Shown: one piece after another, positions 24,504 through 37,409 of the stretch
Layout: each line of letters starts with the position of its first letter
How positions within the stretch are numbered: position 1 is the stretch's first letter
Source: Octopus sinensis
Lineage: Eukaryota
Direction of reading: 5' to 3'
Length of the DNA: 64,000 bases
Assembly (NCBI RefSeq): GCF_006345805.1
Contig: NC_043009.1
Coordinates: 63,364,001 to 63,428,000 of the forward strand
Translations under genes and position numbers: made by a program
Notes under the pieces: model-generated
Databases searched by the model: none
What the model was told of the DNA's origin: nothing
What the model saw: the letters and a program-made list of their open reading frames with translations, nothing else

Positions 24504-26199
24504 AATTGTATGTAAAACTCGGCACTACGATTGATTTAACTCACGTTTATTATCCAATGCTAAGTCTTCAAAAGGTGTCAAAATTATGATGATATTTGGT
24601 AAACAACGGATGAGGGGTTCAGTGCGGTTGTGTTGTTTCTGTTTACCTCGTGATTCTTTCGATGTCCCTCTATGACACTTATTTCATATCTTTCTACTCC
24701 TATATCAATATCTATCTCTCTTTATGTATATATACATATACATAACTACACACACACATATGTTTTATTCTCCGAGTTGAAACGTCAATTTTTACAAATA
24801 TTATATATATAGTAATTTCTTTTCTACGAGTCCAGGCATTCAGATAGATGGCAATCCGGCGATGGTTTATTATCATTTTAATATTAAATGTGGGCCCGAA
24901 AATCCAAAAATATCCGCGGAGTTCCTACTATTATAACCAAATGGAGAGAACAACTCATTTTATTTCATAGCTTTACAATTGTTTCAGCGAAAATCGTTCT
25001 CATGAGCAAGGTTTGTTTGGTTTGGTTTAGTTTGAAATGTAACCCTTGAAATAGGCGCAGCTTGATATAGGTATAAATGATCGTTAACTCAAGTTTCCAC
25101 CGCAAATAATCTTTATGAATGATGCCGAAGAATCGATCATCAATTTTTGTGTCTATAAAACCTCGTGTATTAATTATTGCATATATTATTGCATAATGAT
25201 ATAATAACTCTCATGAGTTCGATTTTAGATGAGGCAATTGTAAATCAATGAAAGAAAAGGATCTGCGTACTCCATTGTCATTGGTTTTATTTTCATATGT
25301 GTATGTATGGATGTATGTATGTATAGATGGATGGATGCATGCATATATATATTTATATATTTATATATATTTAGAGAGAGAGAGAGAGATAGAGGGGGGA
25401 GAAAATAGAGATAGTTAGATACATTCACACATGTACACATGTAGATAGATAGATCGACAGACTGATAGTCAGACAGACAGACAAATATATATATATATAT
25501 TCCGATGAAAAGATTGAAAGTCGACTCAGTGTTGTGGGTGTTGCTTGTTAATGAGCTTCAAAGCGAAGATGACTTTTTAGCAATGTTCATTGCGATGGTT
25601 TTTACCACATCTATCACATAAATCACTTTTCTAAGTTGGGTGCAATGCAGAGCTAAACATTTGGCATTGTGTCCAGAATGTAGCTTTCCAAACCACCAAC
25701 AGAAAATCTATTTTTACATGGCTGACAAATATGTATTCTGCAGTTGGTAGCTTACCTTAGATTATCTGCCCTCCTCGATTTTCTAACAAGACTAATCTTA
25801 GATATGCAAGGTCAGTTGCAAGCTGAATATTTAAAGATATTAATATATATTGTAATTCTTTTATAATTGTCTATAGACGCATGCAAATATAAGGATGCAC
25901 ATCATAGAAGAACAGAATGGAATAAGCAGAGCAAGAGCACACATTAAGACACACTGAGGAGGTCACAGATGTGTGACGAAAGATTTCCGGACAATGGACA
26001 TGAGTTAAAATAAGAACAATTATAAATTAGTGAAGAGTGAATATATAGTGCGTGTGTTTATTTGGCAAAAAAAATGACCGTCCCGAGATACAACAATATC
26101 TGTTTCAACACACGACTTCACATCAGGAATTTTGCAGCACAAATTTATAAACGTAATGTCTAGTTTTAATTTCACGTTTAATGGGATTGCCTTTCATGG

Positions 26200-26560
26200 A
26201 GTTCAGTATTTTTCTCCACGGCGCTCTCCCAGTTACAATAAGTTCCCAAGTGTCTGCATGGATATTGACTTTTTTCAAATGGAACTTTCTAGTATCGTTT
26301 GATGTTCTTTGGTGCTGCTGCTAAGAAGAGAGGCTGCAAATCTAGTCAAGTGATACTTTTAGTTTTTATCATTTTCATTCAAAAATAGGTTTGTCAGAAG
26401 TTTAAATAAGGTGAGAACAGTTGCGCACCTTCGCCTTGGAGAAAATTGTGGTAGCATCTTCATATGATGTTTTCGGGGAAGTATAGGAAGGTCGTGTAAA
26501 GATAACCATAAAAGAGGGTGGTAGGATGTATCCTTGCGGTGCTCATAAAGAACGTTATAG
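26200..26560 (-). mobile_element. Old LINE RT remnant (CR1/Jockey-like)
   Basis: Frameshifted APQGYILPPSFMVIF-HDLP and YEDATTIFS resemble GVPQGS.L.P.LF....NDLP and YADD. Confidence 0.5.
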
Positions 26561-26847
26561 ACTCTAGAAGTAGGTCCGTTGCACTAACTCTGAGGTTAGT
26601 TTGTTTATTAGCATTGTATGTTGTGCCTTAAGGAAGTGTTTAGTTATTCTTACATGTTCCAGGATTACATGTGCTACTGTAACATGCGTTATTGTACCAT
26701 CTATGAGTTATTTGTATGTGTTATTGTGACACATGTTATAATGATTGACGTGAAACTGTGACACGTCACTGTGACGTGTTATTACAACCCTTGTTTTTGA
26801 GACATGTACTGTTGTGACATATTATTATGGTATATTTTACTGTAGTG

Positions 26848-27090
26848 GAGACGCGTGGCTTAGTGGTTAGGGTGTCAGCATCGTGATCGTAAGATTGTGA
26901 TTTCGATTCCTGGACCGGGCGACGCGTTGTGTTCTTGAGCAAAACACTTTATTTCACGTTGCTCCAGTTCACTCAGCTGGCAAAAATGAGTAACACTGCG
27001 ATGGACTGGCGTCCCGTCCAGCTGGGGAACACATACGCCATAGAAACCGGGCCCATGAGCCTGGCTAGGCTTTATAAGGGCGCATTTATT
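26848..27090 (+). mobile_element. tRNA-headed SINE type D
   Basis: TGGCTTAGTGGTTAGG...TTTCGATTCC head, TTGTGTTCTTGAGCAAAACACTT, then GCGATGGACTGGCGTCCCGTCCAG (V/Meta-like domain), with an (ATTT)n tail. Confidence 0.85.
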
Positions 27091-28139
27091 TATTTATTTA
27101 TTTATATTTTATTGTGATGCGTTTTGCTTACGTTACTTACATAAAAATATTCACAGTTCAGAAAAAACCGTAAAAAGAAAACAAAAACAATGATACACAT
27201 GACACACAGACCTAGCGATGCATTTCCTCTACACAAAATTACAACAATACTAATATAATAGTTGTATACTAGATCTATTGTGAGTTCTACCAATCTCTTC
27301 TGTCCCAATATCTCCACAATAAATCACGATCGTCTAAAAAGAACTTAAAATGGTGCACTCCATATAATCAAAGGTCACACCCAAATACCATTCACAGATG
27401 ACTTGACATAGAAAATGAAAATAAAAGCTCTCCTGGACAAACTTTTTGCGCATTAGAATATTAGGTTGTTCTCTGCTTTTCCACTGAAGATGAGTTTGCG
27501 AATAATACATAAGTGAGTAGTGTGGCTTAACGAAGGATATGGTTACATATTTAGAGGGAGGAACGTGTTTATCCGATCTGCATTATCAGCATGGCCTCTT
27601 CTTAGTTAAGAAAACGATAATGTCATTTGATATTTTAACATAGTTGACCTGTGAACGAAATAAGGTGAAGATCTGTTCAAAATGTCAGTATTTTAGTTGG
27701 ATGTCATTTAGATGTTACGGTTCCTTTATCTGACCTGCCTTGTATAACAATGTCTACGCACATTGTTATCATTGAGGGAGACGGCATCGATACATATAGA
27801 TCTGCCAGAAACATATCGTTTTACTGATCTATGAATAAATACTTGCTTTAAACTATCTTGTAGTGTTGCTCTCGTAAATTCTGTGACTTCAGTTACTGAT
27901 TGCTGACCTTAGAAGCAGAGTAACAATTGTAAACTAATTTGTGTTTGTTAAAGATACTGAGATGGCAATAAGCGGTCTACATAACTTTGCGGCTAATTTT
28001 TATAACAATTATTTATGGCTTGTCTTTATAATTAAATTTTATTGTTAAGTTTTTTTTTATGAAACATTGAACTCGGTGGGTTTTCTAAGCAGTCGCAATA
28101 TGGCGGAACATACTTTCGAAATAAAATTAGTTTATTGTG

Positions 28140-28145
28140 TAAATC

Positions 28146-28182
<37 letters not shown>

Positions 28183-28228
28183 TATTATTATTATTATTAT
28201 TATTATATTATTATTATTATTATCATTG

Positions 28229-28296
<68 letters not shown>

Positions 28297-28534
28297 GTTA
28301 TTATTATTATTATTGTCATTATTATTACTGTTATTAGGCGGCGATCTGGCTGAATCGTTAGAGCGCCGGATGAAATGCTTAGCGGCATTTCGTCCGTCTT
28401 TACATTCTGAGTTCAAATTTTGCCTTTCATCCTTTCGGGGTCGATGAAATAAGTACCAGCTACGCGCTGGGGTCGATGTAATCGACTAGCCACCCCCTCA
28501 CAAAATTTGAAGCCTTCTGCCTATAGTAGAAAGG

Positions 28535-28573
<39 letters not shown>

Positions 28574-28590
28574 TTATTATTATTATTATT
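28140..28590 (+). repeat. (ATT)n arrays flanking a SINE type A copy (28336-28535)
   Basis: Directly visible. Confidence 0.9.
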
Positions 28591-29384
28591 ATTATCATCA
28601 TTATTTCGTGTTGTTTTTTGCGCTACCTGACGCATTTCTGTGCATTTTTAGTTTTATTTATACTACTTCGCCGACAATATTCTACCTAGTGTGTATGTTT
28701 TGCCTGGCGATTATTTTTCCGTGTGTTGTGCATATTCTGAAGTCTTAGAATCTTGGTTTAACACCTGTTTGGCCCCTCTACATTAACAACCTGTTTACTT
28801 TCACCCCTAACAACGCGAACAACTGCACATTCAATAACATTCTTCATTCCTATTTCGTTTGTCTTTACGTTCTGAATTCAAATTCCACCGAGGTCGACTT
28901 TGCCTTTTATCCTTTCGGGGACGATAAATCAAGTATCTGTTGCGTACCGGGGTCGATCTAATCGACTGGCTCCCTCGCCTTGTGTCTTGAGTAGAAAAGA
29001 ATATTCTTCATTCCTTTATCTTCTTCACTCCTGAATAAGCCACATGTCATCTAGGCAAGTCGTTCTGAATTCTCACTGGCTGCTTCAGCAGAGATTTCGA
29101 AAACATCCATCTTGTAATGTGGTCATGCAAATTTTATCTCACTGCAAAAAAACAAAACAAAAAAAAACACCATCGCTGTAGGAAAACAATATCCTGCCTT
29201 ATCTTGCGCTAAATATGAACTCTATACAACAACAAACCTTACTCTCTCTTCAAATGTTTAGTATCACCGATACAGAGGATTTCTCCTGGCGAATGTATAT
29301 CTTCGAAGCATAAACATGAAGTTGTATATGCATATACTGACATACATAAACTCATACACACACACACATACTTACGTACACATA

Positions 29385-29622
29385 TACGTAATATCAGACC
29401 CACTGCGTAGCAACTTGGGCAAGTGTCTTCTACTATAGCTTCGGGCCGACCAAGCCTTGCGACTGGATTTATGCCCCCGTTAACTGAGCGGTTCGGCAAA
29501 AGCGACGAATAGAATAAATACCAGGCTTTAAAAAAAGTGAGTACTGGGGTCGATTCGCTCGACTAAAATTGTCCAAGGCGGTGCCCCAGCATGGCCGCAA
29601 TCCAATGACTGAAAGAAGTAAC
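29385..29622 (+). mobile_element. SINE type B, internally deleted
   Basis: CTTGGGCAAGTGTCTTC core and GGTGCCCCAGCATGGCC...GACTGAAA tail. Confidence 0.8.
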
Positions 29623-29683
29623 AGATTATAACATATATATATATATATATATATAATATATTATATATATATAGTATATATAG

Positions 29684-29732
<49 letters not shown>

Positions 29733-29737
29733 ACACC

Positions 29738-30004
29738 CTCATAAGAGCGGTTTCCCGGTTTCATTGGCGTGTAGGTTCCTCATCTGGACGGGACGCCGGT
29801 CCGTCGCAGGTGAGCTACAAGATACAGGAGGAAAGAGTGAAAGTTGTGGCGAAAGAGCCAGCAGAAGTTCGCCATTACCTTCTGCCGGAGCCGTGTGGAG
29901 CTTAGGTGCTTCGCTCATAAACACACACATCGCTCGGTCTGAGATTCGAACCCGCGATCCCTCGACTGCGAATCCGCTGCTCTAACTACTAGCTCATGTA
30001 CCTC
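29738..30004 (-). mobile_element. Chimeric SINE: type C head and body with type D-like 3' part
   Basis: Minus strand reads a C-type head, then ..GCGACGGACCGGCGTCCCGTCCAG..GAAACCGGG. Confidence 0.7.
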
Positions 30005-30845
30005 CACGATTTCTTACATAAGAAACTTTTATTTGGATTTACAAACTTGAGTTTATTTAAATAAAATCCGTTGAGAATATTTTATCGATGGGTAGAGACG
30101 ATAAAACAGAACCGGAACTAAATGTGCACAATATATTGGTTCCATATTCCAAAACAATATGAATTGGATGACAAACCTAATATCCCCCATTTGACACCTA
30201 TGCTTGGCCCTTAGGGATTTTCAACTGGGACCACTTTATTGTAAGTATTAAAGTCAGGACTTTGATCCGATGATTTCTCGATATCTTTAAGTGTCCCCTT
30301 CCTAAAATACAATCACCCACAAGGCGTGGTTCCTTTCTTCCTCTCCTTAAACCTGCCTCGGAGGGTCTACTGAGAATTAGGAGTTTTGCCTTTCCTTTCT
30401 TGCCCGATCCATCGAAAACTATTTACAAACAAAACTGTAAATGTCTCCAAAAGCGACACGTATTTAATGAAAATAAGAAGGCGTTTGTACATCACACGTG
30501 GAGAATGAAAGATGGTGTTGTAATATTATTCAGATGCCATGTTTTAAAGAGTTAAAGAGCTTCTGCTGTGTGTTTCTACTTTCATCATTTAATGTTTTCC
30601 CTTAAGTTTCTAACATAACGCCCTCGCAGTGAACCAGAATTCTGTTTGCTGTGTGATATCGAATGATGTGAAAATGTCACAGAAAGTTAAGATAAGAAAA
30701 ACAAGCATAAATTCTTTATAGTAAGCTATATCTGCAGACATAAGAAAGGAGCGGAGACAGGACAAAGTGAGCGGAATTAAACGAAAGATGCATAGCAACA
30801 CGATTATGTTTAGGTTTTAGTATATACCGCTTTCTTTCCCTCCCC

Positions 30846-30900
<55 letters not shown>

Positions 30901-31191
30901 CCCACAAAAACACATATGCGTAGATCTGGTGGATTGGTTACGAAGTTCGTTCCATAATCATTCAGTTTAGGGTTCGATCTTACTGCACGGCATCTCGGGC
31001 GAGTGTTTCTCTTCTATAGCCTCGGATTGGATTGGCTGATGCCGTGTGAGGGGAAAACTTGACAGACTGAAACTATGCAGACATCTGTCGTATATCAACA
31101 TAGACGTGGACACAAACACATACATATATACATGTATGCATACATACATACATACATATATACATGTATACATACATACATACATACATCA

Positions 31192-31224
<33 letters not shown>

Positions 31225-31227
31225 GTA

Positions 31228-31271
<44 letters not shown>

Positions 31272-31308
31272 GTATATGTATATATATATAATATATATAT
31301 AATATATA

Positions 31309-31373
<65 letters not shown>

Positions 31374-31450
31374 ACATATACATACATATATATACATATA
31401 CATATATATACATACACACATATACGCATACATACATAGATACATACATC

Positions 31451-31483
<33 letters not shown>

Positions 31484-32375
31484 ATATATAATATATATAT
31501 ACATATACATATATATACATATATATATATATATACATATATGTGAGAGAAAAAAAATATATATACATACATACATTCGTGTGCGTGTTTGTCTGTGTGC
31601 ATGTATGTACGATTAAACGTGTATTACGTGATTAATTATTTACTCATTGTTTCTCGAATAACGATAAGAATCATAGACACAAGAAACGATAATTAGAAGA
31701 CATAACTAATCGCATTATTCAGCATGTCATCCAATATATCACTGGTACTTAGAGAAACACGAAGAGCATAACGGAACACAAATACCACAGACTCGAGTCC
31801 ATGCGAAAGAAATGTAAACTAAGGGCAGATCACTCTAAGTTGCATTTATCTAAATCGCATTATTTTCCGAGTGTGACTGTTTGTGCTACGTAACAAAGAG
31901 TACTACTATTTATTTCGTAGTGTAACCACTGGAAACTAACTCTGTACTATATTACTATATTCGTATAGTAGGAGCCGGGACAAGCTTTCTACAAAGATGT
32001 TGTTTCTACAAATTGGTTAATCTGCGCTGGCTTAACCAAACCGAAAACAAAACATTGTTTCGCGTATCGCCTGCAGCTTACACTAGTTTGCTGTACAAGG
32101 CGTAGTGTGGTCGGTGACATAGTTAAGAGATGTAAAACAGTCGCCCAGTAAACTTAGTAGAAGACTGCTAACCTTTTGTATTATCAAACTGACAGTCAAC
32201 TTTAATATTTGTACAGGCCCTTTAATAGGTGTTTGTATTTACATACTTCGTAATAGAGACGTGTATTAACGTAGGTCACTGTTCAGTAACAATACGTGTG
32301 TATGCGTATATATGTATTGTGTGAGTATGTGTGTTTATGTGAGTGTCTGTGTGTGGGTGTTTGAGTGTTTGTTTT

Positions 32376-32414
<39 letters not shown>

Positions 32415-32454
32415 TCTGAAGCTTTCGCGTTACGTCTAAGAATATTCTCCTGAT

Positions 32455-32790
32455 TTACTTGTTTCAGTCATTGGACTGCGGCCATGCTGTGGCACCGCCT
32501 TGAACGGTTTAGTCGAACGTACCGATCCCATTATCCTTTATTTTTTTAAAGCCTGTTACTTATTCTGTCAAGCTCTTATCTCGAACAGCTAGGTTACGAG
32601 TTCGTAAATAAATCAACAGCAGCTGTCATACGACAGGCTTCTTTCAGTTTCCATCAGCCAAACACTCTCACAAGTCTTTGGTCGGCCCAGGGCTATAGTG
32701 GAAGACACTTGCCCAAGATGCTACGCAGTGGTACTGAACCCAGAGCGATGTGGTTGCGAAGCAAACTTCTTGTCACACTGCCACCCCTGC
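32455..32790 (-). mobile_element. SINE type B, diverged
   Basis: Reverse complement of head, core and tail. Confidence 0.8.
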
Positions 32791-33267
32791 ACTTAAACCG
32801 AATCTTAGAAATGTGTAAAAATAAAATAAAATAAACCACTCGGTTTACATACATGCATACATACATACGTACATACATACATACATACATACATACATAC
32901 ATACATACATACATACATACATACATACGTACATACATACATACATACATACATACATACATACATACGTACATACATACATACATACATACATACATAC
33001 ATACATACATGCATGCATACATACATACATACATACATACATACATACATACATACATACATACATACATACATACATACATACATACTTACATGCATGC
33101 ATGCATATATATATATATACAGTAAGTTTAACATCCAACATATATCTTCATATTTATTTTTATTTTTCTTCATTTTTATTCCCTTTCCACCTCCTATATC
33201 TCTCCCTTTCCAATATAACTTCTTACATTGAACTATATTATTTCCTTCTATTTAACTCTCTCATACC

Positions 33268-33315
33268 GTCTCTGATGACGGGGTATCTTTTATATCCCTG
33301 AAACAGCTGTAAGAC
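33268..33315 (+). ncRNA. Type I hammerhead ribozyme motif with loop-less palindromic stem III
   Basis: GTCT-CTGATGA-[CGGGGTATCTTTTATATCCCT]-GAA-ACAGCTGT-A-AGAC. Canonical core, GUA cleavage triplet at 33309-33311, 4-bp stem I. Confidence 0.75.
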
Positions 33316-33388
33316 TACCTTTCTCTTTATAAAATCTCCTAGAATTTTCACTCTGCTTTGGCTTTGTTGTCTCATTTTGAATATATAT

Positions 33389-33419
<31 letters not shown>

Positions 33420-33967
33420 TATATATATAATATATATATATATATGTATACAGTTTCCGTTTACCTAATTCACTTACAGGGACCGGCTATAGTAAACAAA
33501 AAAAAAACACTTGCTCCAGATGCCCCTCAGTGGGACTGAACTCGAGACCGTTTAGTTGCAAAACGAGCTTCTTAACCCTAGAGCCATGCCTGGGCCTATG
33601 TTAACGATACAACTTCTATTTCATCTTCTCATTAACGAAAACGAGTGCGCGAAAATATAACCCTAATAGTTGGTGGGTGTTGGTATTTGCCTGTTTTTTT
33701 TTGAAGGACTGATAAACTGTTATTTTCGAATTTGTTTTTCTTTGTGACTCTAATTGTATATTTCAATGTGTCAAAACACTGACAAAATTCTAGAAGCGAT
33801 GGAGAAGTGTCAGTGACCAGGTCGAACAAATAGGAAAACATTGTTTTGTAATCTTAATGGTGTTATGCTAAACTCTTTCGAAATGAATGAGAAGAGAGTA
33901 TAATAACCATTTAAGAGGGATTTCAGTTGCTATCCTGTTTCGAACGCGATGCGAATTCTGTTTCGTA

Positions 33968-34138
33968 GGCGCAGGAGTGGCTGTGTGGTAAGTAGCTTGC
34001 TTACCAACCACATGGTTCCGGGTTCATTCCCACTCCGTGGCACCTTAGGCAAGTGTCTTCTACTATAGCCTCGGGCCGACCAAAGCCTTGTGAGTGGATT
34101 TGGTAGACAGAAACTGAAAGAAGCCCGTCGTATATATG

Positions 34139-34169
<31 letters not shown>

Positions 34170-34377
34170 CTGTGTTTGTCGCCCCCCCCCAACATCGCTT
34201 GACAACCGATGGTGGTGTGTCTACGTCCCCGTAACTTAGCAGTTCGGCAAAAAAAAGACCGATAGAAGAAGTACTAGGCTTACAAAGAATAAGTCCTGGG
34301 GTCGATTTGCTCGACTAAAGGCAGTGCTCCAGCATGACCGCAGTCAAATGACTGAAACAAGTAAAAGAGTAAAAGAG
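33968..34377 (+). mobile_element. tRNA-headed CORE-like SINE type B, full length
   Basis: Head GGCGCAGGAGTGGCTGTGTGGTAAG...GGTTC, CORE-like CACCTTAGGCAAGTG, internal (TA)/(TG) tract, and tail GACTGAAACAAGTAAAAGAGTAAAAGAG. Confidence 0.9.
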
Positions 34378-35018
34378 GATATATGTGTGTGTGTGTGTGT
34401 GTGTTTGTGTGTGTGTGAGAGTATGTGTGTGAGAGAGAGGTGTTAGTGTGTGTGTACGTGTGCATATGTATATGTGTGAGTGTGTACTCATACATTAAGT
34501 GTATGATATTGATAATGCTTATATCAATGAGTCTCTTCTAACACAAAATTTGAATATTTCTTCCGCTTATGATGTACTTCTGCAAATTAGCAGATATATT
34601 TTAGTCTAGCTGCACATTAACCCGGCTGGAAATCTGAATTCATATCGAAAGTAAGATAAGTATATGGCACCGTTGAGCAGAGTGTATGGCTAGATATCGA
34701 TATCTGTCATCCTCTTTTACTTCGGGAGCGGTTTTGCGTCGCCTAATGTTGAAGCATACATCTTCAAATGATCAGACGAGATACTGCAGCTACAAGCGTT
34801 TAATAACTCACATACATTAAGTATGTGATATTGCTAATGTTGAAATCATTGAAGTGCTTCTAACGCAAAATTTGAATATATATATGTCAAGATTAATGAG
34901 CCGAAATTGCGAGGACGATCCGGTTCTTGACTGAAGATTGAAAGCTTCGAATGTCCCGTCCGTGTTTTTTGTATCGTCTTCTAAATGTTTTACGTTCTTG
35001 TCCCAGTTTGTATTTTTC

Positions 35019-35070
<52 letters not shown>

Positions 35071-35299
35071 TAGAGTAACAAATCTGTTCAGATGTTGTTT
35101 TTACCTCGAAGCAAACGAACTTGTGTTTCTCTAGACATCATTTTTATTGTTGGTTCTATTTGTGCAAGTAACACAAATTGTAAAACTGTTCTTCAATATC
35201 TAATTAATGCGAACTGTTTGGTTGTTTACACACAAGTTCGTGTTTCCCTTCTTTAACGCTTCGTAACAATCCAATCTGACCATTTATTGAACATTGTGA

Positions 35300-36720
35300 T
35301 TGTACGTAAAGTTCTATCATAATGTTTTTAAAGGATCTTCTACATCGGCAATTCTACATTCGTTGTCTGTTCCAGGTGATTTATTACATTTCAGCTTCTC
35401 AGTTTCTTCTGCCGAAATAATTCCTTTCGTCTCCTGTACATGAAACGAAATTTCCTTTAATTGCTTCGGTGCATTATACCTACCCCCGCTTTGTGTCTGT
35501 AAACCTCTTTGCAGTCTTCTCCCCTTCTTTCAGTTAACTTTATTTGCTTTGATCAGTAGGTTACTAAATTTATCTTTAAGAACTTGACATTTAGGTAGTC
35601 TGAACTATTCTGCCTGTTGTTCTTGAATTATTTATTCTATGATTTAACTCGAGTTCTTCACATCTTTTGTTAATCCATGTATCTTTTACTCTCATAATTC
35701 CTTTTACTACTTTGCTATTGGCCAGTCTAAAGTACATTCTTGTTGTTTCATTTTCCTATTGTTCCTATTTTAGATTTGTTCTTTCATCACAATGTTTTTG
35801 TTTAACTTTCCCCTTTTACCACGAAATCTTCGGCTGTTAGTATTTCTTCAAAGACTTCTGCTATTTCTTCAACATTTGCATCGACAATAACAAAGGTGCG
35901 AAGTTTCTTATTTCTGCTTCAGGTTCTTTTGTTCGATATTTGAAAAGTTCCAAGATTATATTGTATATTATACTTCGGTTCTTCTCGACTTATTTGAGAT
36001 CGTTTTGTTTTACATTATTAAAAATCTGTGACTCCTGCCTATACCTGTACCTGGAAATACCTGAGTTTTTATTCCATTTATATTTGACTGATGATATTTA
36101 ATGGATAATAAAATTGAGCTAATTATTATATATTCCTTTAAATAAATAATTATTATATACTCCTCGTGGTAAATAATCATTATATATCCTTTTAGAAAAA
36201 TGATCGTTATTTGCTCCTCTAGAAAAACGCCAATTTATAGTTTTTGACAATTTATATTTAGTATAATGTTTTTTATGTTGTTTTTCTTTGAATTCTAATT
36301 TTTTTTCTGCTGTTGTTGGTATTTTCCGAGTCATATCTTCCAATAATTTCTTTCCAAGTCTCAGGAGCATCTGATCCTGTTATTTCATTCTAGTCGCCTT
36401 AAATTCGACGTATGTCTTTTGTTTTGTTCGCCAGTTTTTTCTCAAACTTGACAGAATTTCTTAATTCATTCGTCATTATAATCGCTAGTTGAGGCGCAAA
36501 AACATTTCAATGTATTACTGACTTGAAGACATTGTTATGCTCCATAAAACCTGAGTCGTTTTCATGTTCACTTTCCTCTCGTTAAACCCTATTTTATTCC
36601 CGTTATCTGTCATAAGTTCTTTATACTTTGTCCATCTTGTTTCAGCAGTGTCTATAACATTCTGGGGATGTCTCTCCATTTCATAAGGTAGATGTTATAC
36701 TATTCCACATTTATAAAGTA
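35300..36720 (-). mobile_element. RTE-clade LINE remnant (APE endonuclease to start of RT)
   Basis: Fragments EMERHPQNVIDTAETRW, GD*NEITGSDAPETW, KDTWINKRCEELE and KLKCNKSPGTD, with many stops. Confidence 0.7.
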
Positions 36721-37409
36721 GTCATACATTTCTAGTTACACGTTTTAAAAATATTTTTTATGGTTTGGTTTTTCTGAATATTTATCGATTTCGTTCGGGA
36801 GATAAATAAAAGTGGATGTGGTTATTTTTATCCCAAGCCCAGATCGATCTGGTATAGCATATGAATGTTGCTACACCTTAATGAAATATTTCAGCAAGCA
36901 GATAATTTGCTAGAACCTATCTCCTCTCTAATGCCATTGGATTTTCTGTGAGAGTCTATTCCAGCTTTTGAAAGGTTTATTTTTAAATTCAGATATTTAT
37001 CCAAGTCTATTTTAATCCTTATTTCTTTCCTATTCTTGTCAACCATGTGTTCTTTTCTCGTCTAATTTACTCTGTAACATAGCTACTACTCCGTACCTCT
37101 CTCAAACTCTGTCCCTATTCTATATTTATTGCTCTAAAGAACCATAATTGCTTTCCTTTCCTCTTCCTATTGTCCACTTTCTTTTTTCCTCTCCACTTCC
37201 TTTATTCTTCTTATCAATTTTATTCAGTACAAGTATCTGTTTATAGTTTTTGTTTCATTTTCTTTATTCACAGAATAGTTTTCCTAATTTGTTTAGTGTA
37301 TGAGCTGATGGCGCCGTGGAAATTTTCTTTCTATTTTAGTTGACAACTAATTTGTAATCACAACCACTAAATTACTCGACTAATAAACTCCATTTAACTT
37401 TCTGCCTCG

